The notes under the pieces were generated by a model that was given only the letters and a program-made list of their open reading frames with translations, did no database searches and was not told the DNA's origin. The position numbers and the translations under genes were made by a program. This document shows, one piece after another, positions 51,753 through 62,359 of a stretch of DNA of 64,000 bases. How positions within the stretch are numbered: the stretch's first letter is position 1; every line of letters starts with the position of its first letter. Origin of the DNA: Candidatus Bathyarchaeota archaeon (GTDB lineage: Archaea > Thermoproteota > Bathyarchaeia > Bathyarchaeales > Bathycorpusculaceae); NCBI GenBank assembly GCA_963767735.1, contig CAVYES010000004.1, forward strand, positions 256,001 to 320,000. Reading direction: 5' to 3'.

Positions 51753-53686
51753 TCACACATTTCTATTTACGCTGTTTCTCTTTCTTGCAAATACAGTTAA
51801 CAGTAGTATTATTACTGCAAACAGTGGCAGAATTATCCATGATGGAAACTCTGGAACGGTTGGAGCTGGCGATACAGATGGCAAAGAGGCATCGGAAACA
51901 AACTGAATAGTCCCATTACCCATATCAAGCATTACATTCTTCCCTGAATCATAAACCATCGAATCACTATCTATTGGAACAGTTTCAATAACGCTTCTTG
52001 TCCTATCCGATATGATGTATGTGTCATACACAGCGCCGGCAAATAAGACGCTTTTCACTGGGTCATAGGCAACATTAATAGGAGAAAATTGTGGCGGGAA
52101 ACTTTCTAACGGAATAGAATCTATTACTGTATGAGTCTTATCAGAAACAACTAACACAGAACTATTAAAGGTAGGCAGGTATATCTCGCCTGTTGCTGAA
52201 TCATATGCCCCAGACCCAAGTAAAGTTATGCTTTTGTCTAATGGTATGGTTGCTATAACGGAATTAGTGGAATCCGATATAACCGAAATGTAATTTTCAG
52301 AATACTGGCCTAGAAAACCAGAACAGCTAACGTATATTTCTCCCTTAGCTGAATCGTACGTTAAGGCTCCTAGCGGGGATTGCCTCCTAAAGGTATGCTT
52401 GCCACGACTTGGTTGGTAATATCTGAGATAACTAAGACTCCTCCGAAAACCCCGCTGCTAACAAACATCTCCCCTTTGCCTGAGTCATAAACTATGTTTC
52501 CCGCGCTACTAAGGTTTGTATTCGAATCGATGGTTGCCACCACCGAATTGCTCATATCAGATATAACCACCACACCATTTCCATTTGTTGTAACATAAAC
52601 TTCATGGAGAGCAGAATCATAAGCAAGACTGGTTGGATTTTGACCAACTGTAACGTTTGCAAGTACTGTATTGTCGCTGTCTGATATTGCTAAAACCGTG
52701 TTGCTTGGTAGATATATTGGCATTCCCATCGCGCCATATCCAGATAAATAGTCAGGGTTTACCCACACTGCGCTTTTGTAGGAATCATATACCATTATAG
52801 GCTCACCGTTAAAGGGCACTGATTTGACTATTTCAACCGCGGTTAGCGAGGAAGAGGGCGTAGCGGTAGACGAGAGAGTAGGGGGAGAAGTAGGCGAAGA
52901 ACTGGGTGAAGTAGGTTGTGATGATGCAGAATTTGACAAGGTTAATGAATCAACAACTGATAAGTAACTTGTGATTTCATTTGTTAATTGCGATGTCTCA
53001 TCTGTGGGTGATGCGTAAAACTTAATCGGTGAGTCTATAGGTAATGAGCTAGTCAAATAATTCGTAAAATTCAAACCTACAACTGCCCCACCAACATTGT
53101 AAAATGTAGTAACAACCCATGGGTCTTGCGCCACTTGATTGCCATTGTTCACAACGGTTCCAATAACATAGTACGAGCCGTTACCGGGTAAATAAGAGGC
53201 ACTGCTCCCTGCTGGAATCGTCAAACCTGAATATTGAGTTGCAGTTGTTTCAGTAACGGAAGTAACTGTGACGGCGACAGTGCTAACACTGGAGACCCAA
53301 CTGAGGTCTTTGCTGATGCTGCTCTGAGCATTAAGGTCTATGTAGAAAGGTGCTTTTTGTTCAGGAAGCATGTCATACACGAATGCTTGGCTTGTAGTTG
53401 TGGCCAACTCTGTTCCAGTGGAGCTAAAAGCACTGCCTTCGACAGTTACGTTTCCTATAATGTTTGAACCAACATTTTCTACTTCACCAACAATGATTAA
53501 ATCGCCAGGTTCTGATGCTAAGACAGTTGTCGAAGGCGCAACATACGAACTGTAACTCAGAACTATAACCCCTGAAATTGCCCTTTCTGCAACAGCGTTT
53601 ACTGAGCTAACAGTATCTGTTGTTGCCAAAACCATCGCGCTAATCATTAATGCTATTAATACGATGCTTAAACGCGACTTATACAT
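51753..53686 (-). CDS. FxLYD-like + YncE/YVTN beta-propeller fusion with PEF-CTERM, frameshifted near 52375
   Basis: N-half paralogous to 29453-30427; YDS..E..V..VISD repeats continue across the shift (LTYDSAKGEIYV); ends VPEFP-TM-RKR. Confidence 0.8.
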
Positions 53687-53839
53687 CTCCTAGCTCCATC
53701 CTAAACTTATTGTTGCTTTGTTCATTATTTTATTTGCTTCTCTTTTGCTTCCACAAGGCTATTTCCGTGCTTTTCAGATTTAAGGCTTATCGTGGTTTCA
53801 AAAAGCCAAAAAAAAGAATAATATACACATAACTTATTT

Positions 53840-54925
53840 TCAGTGCTTGCGTTTCCTGCAGTAGACCAACAAACCAGAAGCCACCATTATAGTGAGCAGT
53901 AGCGGAGTTGTCCATATTGGAAACTCTGGAATAGAAGAGCTAGGCAACAGGAGCGAGGGAGCTGATATCACCGAGACCTTATTGCTTTCAGAATAGGTCA
54001 CAAATATCGCCCCTTTGCCGGCATCATAACATATGCCTTGGGGGTGGGTTTCCAGAGCTATGTTTGCAACAACAGGATTGTTACTGTTTGATATCACCGA
54101 GACCGAGCTTGAATTATAGTTCGCTACAAAGACCTGGCCATTACCAGAATCATACACCACACCGTTGGGACCGACTCCTACGTCAACGGTTGCAACAACC
54201 AGGTCTGTGCTACCTGATATTATTGATACCGAACTGGAATTGAAGTTGGCTGCGAAAATTTCTCCTTTAGCAGAATCATAAGCTAAGCTTAAGGGTTGAC
54301 TTCCCACGGTTACGTTTGCAACAACGGCGTTAGAGCTGTCCGATATCACTGAGACCTGATTGGAAGCAGCATGACCTACGAAGATTTCTCCTTTACCTGA
54401 ATCATAAGCTACTGCACAAGGTTGACTTCCGACAGTTATGTTTGCAACCACAGTATTGTTTCTGTCGGATATAACTGAGACCGAACTGGAATTGTAGTTG
54501 GCTACGAAAATTTCGCCTTTATCAGAATCATAAGCTGCAGCAATGGGCTGACTTCCTACGGCTATGTTTGCAACAACAGTATTGGTGCTATCCGATATCA
54601 CCGAGACCAAATCGGATGCATAGTTAGCTACAAATAATTCCCCATTGGCAGAGTCATAAGCTATTCCTACTGGCTTGCTTCCTACAGCTAGGTCTGAAAC
54701 GACTGTATTAGTGCTGTCTGATATTACATAGACCAAATCGAAATCCCCATTGGCTATGAAGATTTCGCCTTTATCAGAATCATAAGCTATGCCATAGTAG
54801 CCACCCGGTTTTTCCAACGTTATCGTGGCGGTTATTTCAACGGCGTGAATGGCATTGGTTGCGGATAAGACAAGAATTATAGTGATTAGAATTGAGACAA
54901 GGAAAGCTTTGTTTTGGTCTTTCAC
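53840..54925 (-). CDS. YncE/YVTN beta-propeller surface protein with PEF-CTERM
   Basis: Seven AYDSxKGEIFVAN..VSVISD repeats; IPEFP-TM-RKRK. Confidence 0.9.
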   Translation of the reverse strand: MKDQNKAFLVSILITIILVLSATNAIHAVEITATITLEKPGGYYGIAYDSDKGEIFIANGDFDLVYVISDSTNTVVSDLAVGSKPVGIAYDSANGELFVANYASDLVSVISDSTNTVVANIAVGSQPIAAAYDSDKGEIFVANYNSSSVSVISDRNNTVVANITVGSQPCAVAYDSGKGEIFVGHAASNQVSVISDSSNAVVANVTVGSQPLSLAYDSAKGEIFAANFNSSSVSIISGSTDLVVATVDVGVGPNGVVYDSGNGQVFVANYNSSSVSVISNSNNPVVANIALETHPQGICYDAGKGAIFVTYSESNKVSVISAPSLLLPSSSIPEFPIWTTPLLLTIMVASGLLVYCRKRKH

Positions 54926-56691
54926 AAATATGCCTTCCGCTTAGATTTAAGGTGCACAAAAGTAACTGCGATAACGCCCGTTGCCATCACTAAAATGAGC
55001 GCTGCACTGTTGAACTCTGGAACAGTTGGAGTAGGGGTTGGCGTTATGTTTGGAGTAAGCGTTGGCGTCAATGTTGGCGTCGGCTGACTTGAATCTATTG
55101 TGAAATAAACAGTATTAACCCAAGTGGTTTGGCTAATTAATGTGTCTGCCGTTATATTGCCGCTATAGAGTTCTTCGTCAATTCCAATACTTAATTGATG
55201 TGAACCATTAGGTAGTTGCGGTAACTGAAATGACCCATTTACCGTATAGTATTCTGGGATGGGAATGGAATTCGGATTGAGACTCCAAGGCAAGCCACCT
55301 TGATATTGTCCGTCAATGCTATAGTTTAATGAGCTTTGGACACCTTTTGGGCAATTGAATGTGCCGTTGCATTCTACAACATTAGAATTATATGTTGTGT
55401 TGACTGGTGAATAAAGGGTAAGTCCAGAAGAGAAAACAATAGAGTTGACCTTCGGTACAGGAGTGGGAGTTGGTAGGGGAGTTGGGGTGGCGGTCGGCGG
55501 TGAAGTTGGCGGCGATGTAGCATTTAACGCATAAACATCTCCATTGACTGAGCCTACGTAGACTACGCCGTTGACGACAGCAGGAGACGACTCAACCCAA
55601 TTGCCCGTATTATAATTCCAAAGTTTGGCACCTGTATTTGCATTCAAGGCATAAACGTTGCCGTCCTCAGAACCAACGTAAACTATACCGTTTGCAACAG
55701 CAGGAGACGAAACAACCACGCCACCAGTGGTGTAATTCCAAAGCTGGATGCCGTTAGCAGCGTTCAAAGCATAAATGTTTCCGTCACCCGAACCTATGTA
55801 AACTGCGCCATTGACGATTGCGGGTGACGAATCAACAAATTTGCCCGTAGTGTAATTCCATAGTTGGGTGCCGCTTGTTGCGTTCAAAGCGTAAACGCTG
55901 CCATCTTCAGAGCCCACGTAGACCGTGCCACCAATTACTGCTGGCGATGAATAAACATAGCCGCCTGTGGTGTAGTTCCAAAGTTGGGCACCCCCACTGG
56001 CATTTAGGGCATAAACGTTGCTATCATCTGAGCCCACAAAAACTATGCCGTTGATAAAGGCTGGAGATGAAACAGCCCAGTAGCCAGTTGAGTAATTCCA
56101 AAGTTGAGATCCGTCGCTGGCGTTCAAAGCGTAAATGTGGTCGTCTGCAGAGCCGAAATAGACTACGCCGTTGACTACGTTGCAGGGTGAAACTGCGTTG
56201 CTACTAAATACTCCATTGTCGACTCTGGGAGATGAAAGCCCGACTCCAGTTACGTAATTCCATAGTTCGGTACCGTCTGTTGCGTTTAGGGCGTAAATGT
56301 CTGCCACCAAAGAAACCGTTGACGGTTGGGTTGCAGTAGGTCCAAAGGAGCCGACGTAAACTACCCCGTTGACAACGGCAGGAGACGAATCATCCTCGTT
56401 GATAGTGTTGAACTTCCAAAGTTGTATGCCGTCAGCACAGTTCAAAGCATAAACGTTTCCGTCACCCGAACCTATGTAAACTACGCCGTCGACAACTGCG
56501 GGAGACGAAGTAACAGAGCTACTTGTGTTAAAGCTCCAAAACGGCACGGAATTGAAGGGCGAATTTTCCGTTCCTATGCCTGTGTGAGATGGATCTGCAC
56601 GGAACATTGCCCAGTCAGCGTTTGCAAACGGAATCAAAACTACGCTGGAAATAAAAATTATGCAAACTAATGCCCCGACGGTTTTTTTCAC
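54922..56691 (-). CDS. PQQ-like beta-propeller + Ig-like surface protein with PEF-CTERM
   Basis: DWAMFRADPSHTG, eight SSPAV-type repeats, PT linkers, VPEF-TM-KSKRK. Confidence 0.9.
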   Translation of the reverse strand: MKKTVGALVCIIFISSVVLIPFANADWAMFRADPSHTGIGTENSPFNSVPFWSFNTSSSVTSSPAVVDGVVYIGSGDGNVYALNCADGIQLWKFNTINEDDSSPAVVNGVVYVGSFGPTATQPSTVSLVADIYALNATDGTELWNYVTGVGLSSPRVDNGVFSSNAVSPCNVVNGVVYFGSADDHIYALNASDGSQLWNYSTGYWAVSSPAFINGIVFVGSDDSNVYALNASGGAQLWNYTTGGYVYSSPAVIGGTVYVGSEDGSVYALNATSGTQLWNYTTGKFVDSSPAIVNGAVYIGSGDGNIYALNAANGIQLWNYTTGGVVVSSPAVANGIVYVGSEDGNVYALNANTGAKLWNYNTGNWVESSPAVVNGVVYVGSVNGDVYALNATSPPTSPPTATPTPLPTPTPVPKVNSIVFSSGLTLYSPVNTTYNSNVVECNGTFNCPKGVQSSLNYSIDGQYQGGLPWSLNPNSIPIPEYYTVNGSFQLPQLPNGSHQLSIGIDEELYSGNITADTLISQTTWVNTVYFTIDSSQPTPTLTPTLTPNITPTPTPTVPEFNSAALILVMATGVIAVTFVHLKSKRKAYL

Positions 56692-56843
56692 GCGATTTCT
56701 CCCTCAATTTTGCGGTGATTCACAGGTGCTTTAGCTTTCAGAGAATTTTCGGTTACATCGTCAGAAGACAACGCAGGCTTAGCCACAATTACGCAAGGTA
56801 CAGTTTGGAAGACGAGAGCAAGCACTAAGGCGAGATTTTTCAC
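56688..56843 (-). pseudogene. Truncated relic of a secreted protein (signal peptide plus the start of a Kelch-like repeat)
   Basis: VKNLALVLALVFQTVPCVIVAKPALSSDDVTENSLKAKAPV..; its stop overlaps the next GTG. Confidence 0.45.
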
Positions 56844-57017
56844 TCAAGCTCATCTAACCTTACTTAAGCAAGGGTGGCGATAAAAGAGTTCTTGTAAAGA
56901 TTACTTGACACATGATTTCTTGACTTGTGGTTTAGGTCATTTCTGCGCTTTTCAGATTTAAGACTTATCTTCACAAAAACTTTGGGAAAAAGAATAATGT
57001 TCTTCTTTGATTGATGA

Positions 57018-57599
57018 TTATGGCGTATTTGTCCACACAGGCGTTACAGTCCAATTGGAAATATAGCATGAGCCAAAAACGTTTAGATTAATTTGAGCAG
57101 ATTGTCCTCCATCTAAATCTGTTAGAGAATAACTGATTAGAGAAGAAGTGCCATTGCCTAAGTACTCAGACCCAAAGCCCATAAAATCTCCTTGAGTTAA
57201 TGGAACGGTCATGTTTATTGATAGTACATTACTTACAACAGTACCATTCGTTTCAGGAAATTCACCATATGCAACTACATGTAATCCTGCGTTGTGTGCC
57301 ACACCTTCTCCTATGTTAGTTACTGTGCCATAAAGATTGAGTTGGGGAAAACCTGCTACGCCTCCAGTAGTGTTTCGCCAACCTGCGGTTTCGGTTAGAT
57401 TAGTTACAAGATTCGCAGGCATTTGGCTTTCAAGGTTTGAGAGTTGGTTAGTAAGATTTGCTATTTCAGTGTTTAGAGAAGCAATCTTAGAGTTATCACT
57501 ATTAACTATTGCTTTATAAAAAAAAGCTGTGCCAGCAATCGCACTTACAAAGAGGACAGCTATCAAAACTGATACGGCTATTATTATTTTTTTATTCAT
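57018..57599 (-). CDS. MNKKII-family protein, copy 3
   Basis: Same termini as copies 1 and 2. Confidence 0.8.
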   Translation of the reverse strand: MNKKIIIAVSVLIAVLFVSAIAGTAFFYKAIVNSDNSKIASLNTEIANLTNQLSNLESQMPANLVTNLTETAGWRNTTGGVAGFPQLNLYGTVTNIGEGVAHNAGLHVVAYGEFPETNGTVVSNVLSINMTVPLTQGDFMGFGSEYLGNGTSSLISYSLTDLDGGQSAQINLNVFGSCYISNWTVTPVWTNTP

Positions 57600-57624
57600 T
57601 CAATCACTAACATTTCTATTTACG

Positions 57625-59061
57625 CTATTTCTCTTTCTTGCAAATACAATCGATAGCAGCATTGTTGCAAAAAGTGGCAGAATTATCCAAGTTTCTAAAC
57701 CTTGAAATAATGTACAAGCACAATGAAGTAGCCGCTCCGACGGCTGCAATTATTATGGCGAGTACAAAGAAAAGCTGCCCTTTTGAAGTGTCGATGTTGA
57801 CGGATTGGGTAAGGTATGGCTGAATTAACGGATATTCGTCCGTGTTGTTGCCGCCAATAGTGTATGGGGTGTCACCTATATCGTCCCCGTTGCGGGCAGT
57901 TCCATTGTAGCTGCTCCAGTAGTTGCCTTCCTTACCATTATCCCAATAGTTTATCGACAAAGATGAATTTCCCAAAAGAAGCAAGGGTTCGGAGTCGTTA
58001 ACGAAATTGTTATGGTAGAGGGTGTTGTTGCCAAATGGGTAATCGTCGCTGGAGCCACTCACCATTACTGCGTAACTGCAATTTGCGACAGTGTTTTCGT
58101 AGATAGTGCTGTTTACGCCGCCAAGGCTTAAGCCTGATTCTGAAAAGTTGAATATGTTATTTTCGTAGATAACGCTGTAGGAACTAACTCCGATGGCATC
58201 TATTCCATTTACCATGGTGTTTCTTGCGACTGTTCCGTTGTCGCCAGCCCCTATCGGATCCACCACGTTTACTAAAACATTGTCGATTATTGTGTTCGAG
58301 TAACTAAAGCTCATGGATATGCCAGTCGTCGCGTCGCTAATGTTATTTTTGGAAATGGTGTTGCTTACTGATGGCCCAAAACCATACCAGCTAGTATAAC
58401 CTATTGCAGTCGTTGAGTTGCCAAAGGTATTGCCCGTTACTGTTGTATCATTAGCTGAGTTTACATCTACCCCAGTGTTAACGTTTGACAAAACATTATC
58501 TTGAATGATTACGCTTGAGCAGTTTTGTATCCATATGCCTTGCCAAAACAAGCTAATTTGAAAGTTCTTGATTGTGACGTTGTGTACGTCCTGAAGGTCA
58601 AAGCCTTCAAGAGCATATCTGTTGCCGTAGTTGAAACCTTGCAAGGCATGACCTGCACCGTCAATTATGATGTTGTCGCTTTGAACGTTGATGGTTTGAT
58701 TAATAATATCTTGGGTTAATGTGTAAACATCTCCATTTCGCTGAATAGGTGCCGCAGTTGAGTTTACGCTTCCGTTCGCTTCGATCGTTATGCTACTAAG
58801 GGGATTAGCAAAAAATACCTGATAACTCGATGCTGAAGAAAATGAATTTGAGGCTGACAAGAACGGCTCGATTGACAAGCTTGAAGGAATTGTTGGTAAC
58901 GTTGATTGTGCCGTCGATCCTGCCTGCGAAGGAAAGAAGCTGAAGCTTATTCCACCTAGCAGAAGCGCGGAAACTATTGCAATCGTAATAGTGATGACGA
59001 TTTTGATTTTCTGTTGACTCATATCTGCCACTTCGTGAGATTTGATAAAGGCGAGGGTCAT
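57625..59061 (-). CDS. NosD/right-handed beta-helix surface protein
   Basis: IQRNGDVYTLT, IIIDGAG, YHNNF, WDNGKEGNYWS..GDTPY..DEYPL; C-terminal TM. Confidence 0.88.
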   Translation of the reverse strand: MTLAFIKSHEVADMSQQKIKIVITITIAIVSALLLGGISFSFFPSQAGSTAQSTLPTIPSSLSIEPFLSASNSFSSASSYQVFFANPLSSITIEANGSVNSTAAPIQRNGDVYTLTQDIINQTINVQSDNIIIDGAGHALQGFNYGNRYALEGFDLQDVHNVTIKNFQISLFWQGIWIQNCSSVIIQDNVLSNVNTGVDVNSANDTTVTGNTFGNSTTAIGYTSWYGFGPSVSNTISKNNISDATTGISMSFSYSNTIIDNVLVNVVDPIGAGDNGTVARNTMVNGIDAIGVSSYSVIYENNIFNFSESGLSLGGVNSTIYENTVANCSYAVMVSGSSDDYPFGNNTLYHNNFVNDSEPLLLLGNSSLSINYWDNGKEGNYWSSYNGTARNGDDIGDTPYTIGGNNTDEYPLIQPYLTQSVNIDTSKGQLFFVLAIIIAAVGAATSLCLYIISRFRNLDNSATFCNNAAIDCICKKEK

Positions 59062-59198
59062 GTGGGGATTACCTTTGATTGTTTTTGTAGCCTCGCTTTA
59101 TTTTGTCAAGTTAACCAACTGCAGGCGGCTACTTAATTCTACATTTTAGAACAAAACGGCTTGTTTACAGGGTATCTGTTCAAAAGTCTTGAACACGG

Positions 59199-59669
59199 AT
59201 GCGCTTAAATCCACCATCCAAATTAATTGAAAGAGCAGTGGCTACCTTGGGGTCTGACAAAACCGACGATGTACTCAGAGGAACAACCCTTGAAGTCTAC
59301 CATTTCATCCTAAAAAGCGGTAAACCCGTTGGAGTTCGGGAAGTTCAAAGAGCCCTCAACCTGAGTTCACCCTCATTGGCAGTATATCACATGTCCAAAC
59401 TTGAAGAAGCTGGACTTCTTAAACGTGAAAACGGTGACTACGTAATTAACAAAGTTGTGCTAAAAGACACCGTCAAAATTAGTCACTTCTTCATACCAAG
59501 ATACCTATTCTATGCGATATTCACCGTCGCAGCCCTCATAATTGAACTAACACTGCTAAGACCACCTATTATCACAAGCGGGTACTTCTTTACAACAGTA
59601 GTCACTGGAGTGTGCGCAGCTGCATTCTGCTTTGAAACCGTGAGAACATTGATTAAGGGCAGCTTCTAA
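59199..59669 (+). CDS. Membrane-anchored wHTH transcriptional regulator
   Basis: GTTLEVY..GVREVQRALNLSSPSLAVYHMSKL followed by two TM helices. Confidence 0.85.
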   Translation: MRLNPPSKLIERAVATLGSDKTDDVLRGTTLEVYHFILKSGKPVGVREVQRALNLSSPSLAVYHMSKLEEAGLLKRENGDYVINKVVLKDTVKISHFFIPRYLFYAIFTVAALIIELTLLRPPIITSGYFFTTVVTGVCAAAFCFETVRTLIKGSF

Positions 59670-60122
59670 AACAAACTGACAGTTCTGCTCTTTACTCTCT
59701 TATTTAAAAATCCTTGTTGCCATCGATCTTCCACTTTTCATCAATCCAAAGCTGTCATGTTCTCAATTCGGTTCTTGCTTCTTTGCAGAGAAATAAGGTT
59801 TAGGCCCTCGCGGAGGGCGTCAACGAAATCTTCAATGTCGACCAGCGCCCTCTTTGTTTCCTCAACGAACACGCGGTTCTATTCGTTGATTGATACTGCG
59901 TCCTTGGCAACCTGCCGTTTATCCATAAACGTGCGATAAGCCGTCCGCACGGCATTGTAAAGTCTAAGCTCTCCTAATAACAAAGCCACGAATGAAGTCT
60001 CCTAACTGTTAGGCAAGAAACTGATGAATGAAAAAAAGGGAGAACGCAGAAGCGAAAATTCTAGCTGTCGATACGGGCTATCTCAGACAGAACTGAAAGA
60101 GACACAATTTTTCACCTAACAG

Positions 60123-61358
60123 TTGCGAAAGCTGTATAAGATAATTGAAGCAAACAAAATCTTTATGAAGAACCTAAAGAAACTCTCATCCATCTTGATT
60201 TTATTCGCTGTAGTTCTTGCGTTGTCACTAACCAATTCGGTTCACGCAGTTGGAGTAATTGGCACAATAACGGTGGGCGATAATCCTGCAGGACTCGCTT
60301 ATGATACAGGAAAAAGCGAAATTTTTGTTGCCAATTACAATGATGGAACAATCTCTATTATTTCTGACACCAGCAATAATGTGGTTGGGCAACTTGCAAC
60401 TGGCCCCTCGCAGAACGCTCTCTCTACTCCTGACGACGTAGCCTATGATTCGGTGAAAGGAGAGATCTTTGTAACTAATACTAACCTAAATAATGTGTCT
60501 GTAATCTCAGACAGCACTAACACTATAGTTGCGAATATAACTGTAGGCGAACAGCCAGTGGGGATAGCCTACGATTCTGGCAAAGGAGAGATGTTTGTGG
60601 TTAACGCTGCTTCTGGCACGGTCTCAGTTATATCAGATAGCACAAATACCGTGATTGCAAACATGACCGTTGTTGCCAACACTTCGCTCGTGCAAGCACA
60701 CGCTGAATATCCAGTTAGTATAGCTTACGACTCTGGTATGAACGAACTCTTCGTTACTACGGACCCAGGAACGGTCTATGTTATTTCGGATAGTAGCAAT
60801 ACTGTGGTTGCTAATGTGACTGTTGGAGATAGCCCTGCAGGTTTAGCTTATGATGCTAGTAAGGGGGAGGTTTTCGTTACTAATTTTGATTCCCAAACTG
60901 TTTCAGTCATTTCGGACAAATCTAATGAGGTAGTTGCAACCGTGCCCGTTGGAGGCTACCCAGAAAGTGTTGCTTTCGATTCGGGCAAAAGCGAAATGTT
61001 TGTGGTCAGCTCTGGTTCTAATACTCTCGCGCCACAAGACACTCTTGGCAGTGTTTCCGTCATATCGGACAGCAGTAATACCGTGATCGCTAACTTCACC
61101 GTGGGGGGCTGTAATGGTGTAGCCTATGATTCTGCTAAGGGCGAGGTCTTCACGACCAATGCTGGTTTCGGCACGGTCTCTGTCATAACCGATGCCTCTG
61201 ACACATCAGCGTCGCCAAGCCCAACTATATCTACAATTCCTAGTCCAACTGTTCCCGAGTTGAGCAACCAGGCTCTCATTTTGGTGGTCGTATTAATCGT
61301 GGCATTGACCTTTTGCGCGTTGTATCGGCATATAAAAAATCGACCCGACTTGCATTAG
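60123..61358 (+). CDS. YncE/YVTN beta-propeller surface protein with PEF-CTERM-like tail
   Basis: AYDSGKGEMFV..VSVISD repeats; VPEL-TM-basic tail. Confidence 0.88.
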   Translation: MRKLYKIIEANKIFMKNLKKLSSILILFAVVLALSLTNSVHAVGVIGTITVGDNPAGLAYDTGKSEIFVANYNDGTISIISDTSNNVVGQLATGPSQNALSTPDDVAYDSVKGEIFVTNTNLNNVSVISDSTNTIVANITVGEQPVGIAYDSGKGEMFVVNAASGTVSVISDSTNTVIANMTVVANTSLVQAHAEYPVSIAYDSGMNELFVTTDPGTVYVISDSSNTVVANVTVGDSPAGLAYDASKGEVFVTNFDSQTVSVISDKSNEVVATVPVGGYPESVAFDSGKSEMFVVSSGSNTLAPQDTLGSVSVISDSSNTVIANFTVGGCNGVAYDSAKGEVFTTNAGFGTVSVITDASDTSASPSPTISTIPSPTVPELSNQALILVVVLIVALTFCALYRHIKNRPDLH

Positions 61359-61525
61359 ATCATGCGCCACAATGAAACCCCGCTTAAATCTAATGAACGT
61401 TCGAAATGCAGCCTACGTTGACGAGACCTGCTTACGTCTCGCATCTTCGATGTTCTAAAGGATAGAACTAAATATTGCAGTCTTTAATCTTAGGATAAAG
61501 AAATTCCTCTGGCGGCCTGGCTTAA

Positions 61526-62224
61526 ATGGGACTCTCTAGGAAACTGGTTTTTACTGTGCTTCTGCTTGTTGCAGTTTTCCTAATATCTTTTCTTGTTGCT
61601 TTCTTTGCCTTTTCGCTTACCCCTTATGGACATGTTACCGAGCGAGTGTATTCGCCAATCTTTCCTTATTCCTATGCTGATAATGACACTTCAACTATAG
61701 GAGGCGCATGGCAAAGCCAACTTCTTTCTCCACAGCCAGAAGCTGGTTCAACTAACGTTTCACGTGATACGACAATTTTGATTATCGAACCTAGACCCAT
61801 AAAGATCGAGAATCTGACTTTAAGCCCTCCACTGCCTATAACGATAAAATCTAGCGATTACGTTTTTTCAGCATATATGGAGGCCTATCCTGCCGCGCTT
61901 TTGCAGCCGAACACAACTTACAATGTGTCAGCAATAGTGGCTGGCACACCGTCATGGTGGATTTTTACCACGTCGTCTGAACCTTCTCAGCCAACATTCA
62001 GCACTCACTTAGCACCTTACGATACATGGGTGGCGTTTACAGCAGCGATTCTTGTGACATTAACAGTCTCAGTAATTTTGATCCAAAGAAAAACGAATAC
62101 TTGGTTTCTGGGTAACTCGGTTACAAACACGAGCAAACCAACACCTGAAGCGCGTTGCCTATCCCTCTCGACCTCATTTTCGTTCTCCACATCCAATCAG
62201 CCTAAAGCTGTCATATTCACTTGA
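61526..62224 (+). CDS. Membrane-anchored Ig-like (Big_5-like) protein
   Basis: SPQPEAGSTNVSRDTTI..LQPNTTYNV..WIFTT between two TM helices. Confidence 0.7.
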   Translation: MGLSRKLVFTVLLLVAVFLISFLVAFFAFSLTPYGHVTERVYSPIFPYSYADNDTSTIGGAWQSQLLSPQPEAGSTNVSRDTTILIIEPRPIKIENLTLSPPLPITIKSSDYVFSAYMEAYPAALLQPNTTYNVSAIVAGTPSWWIFTTSSEPSQPTFSTHLAPYDTWVAFTAAILVTLTVSVILIQRKTNTWFLGNSVTNTSKPTPEARCLSLSTSFSFSTSNQPKAVIFT

Positions 62225-62359
62225 CTATTTAATGCCCCGTTAATAGACCTCACAGGTTAAAGAATAAAAGTTAAGTCCAGTTTTCTGGACATTACAAAGC
62301 CAAGTTATCTTTACAAGCAACCTTTTATCGGTCTTACTTCTTAACAGCTTATTGAAGAG

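Noticed and set aside
48952-59061. Diversity-generating retroelement as the cause of the repeated blocks
   Set aside because: No reverse transcriptase in the window, and differences between copies are not confined to adenines
902-60351. Many short ORFs in the track that overlap longer genes (e.g. 902-1177, 36338-36868, 44266-44829)
   Set aside because: Antisense or alternate-frame shadows of well-supported genes, with no motifs of their own
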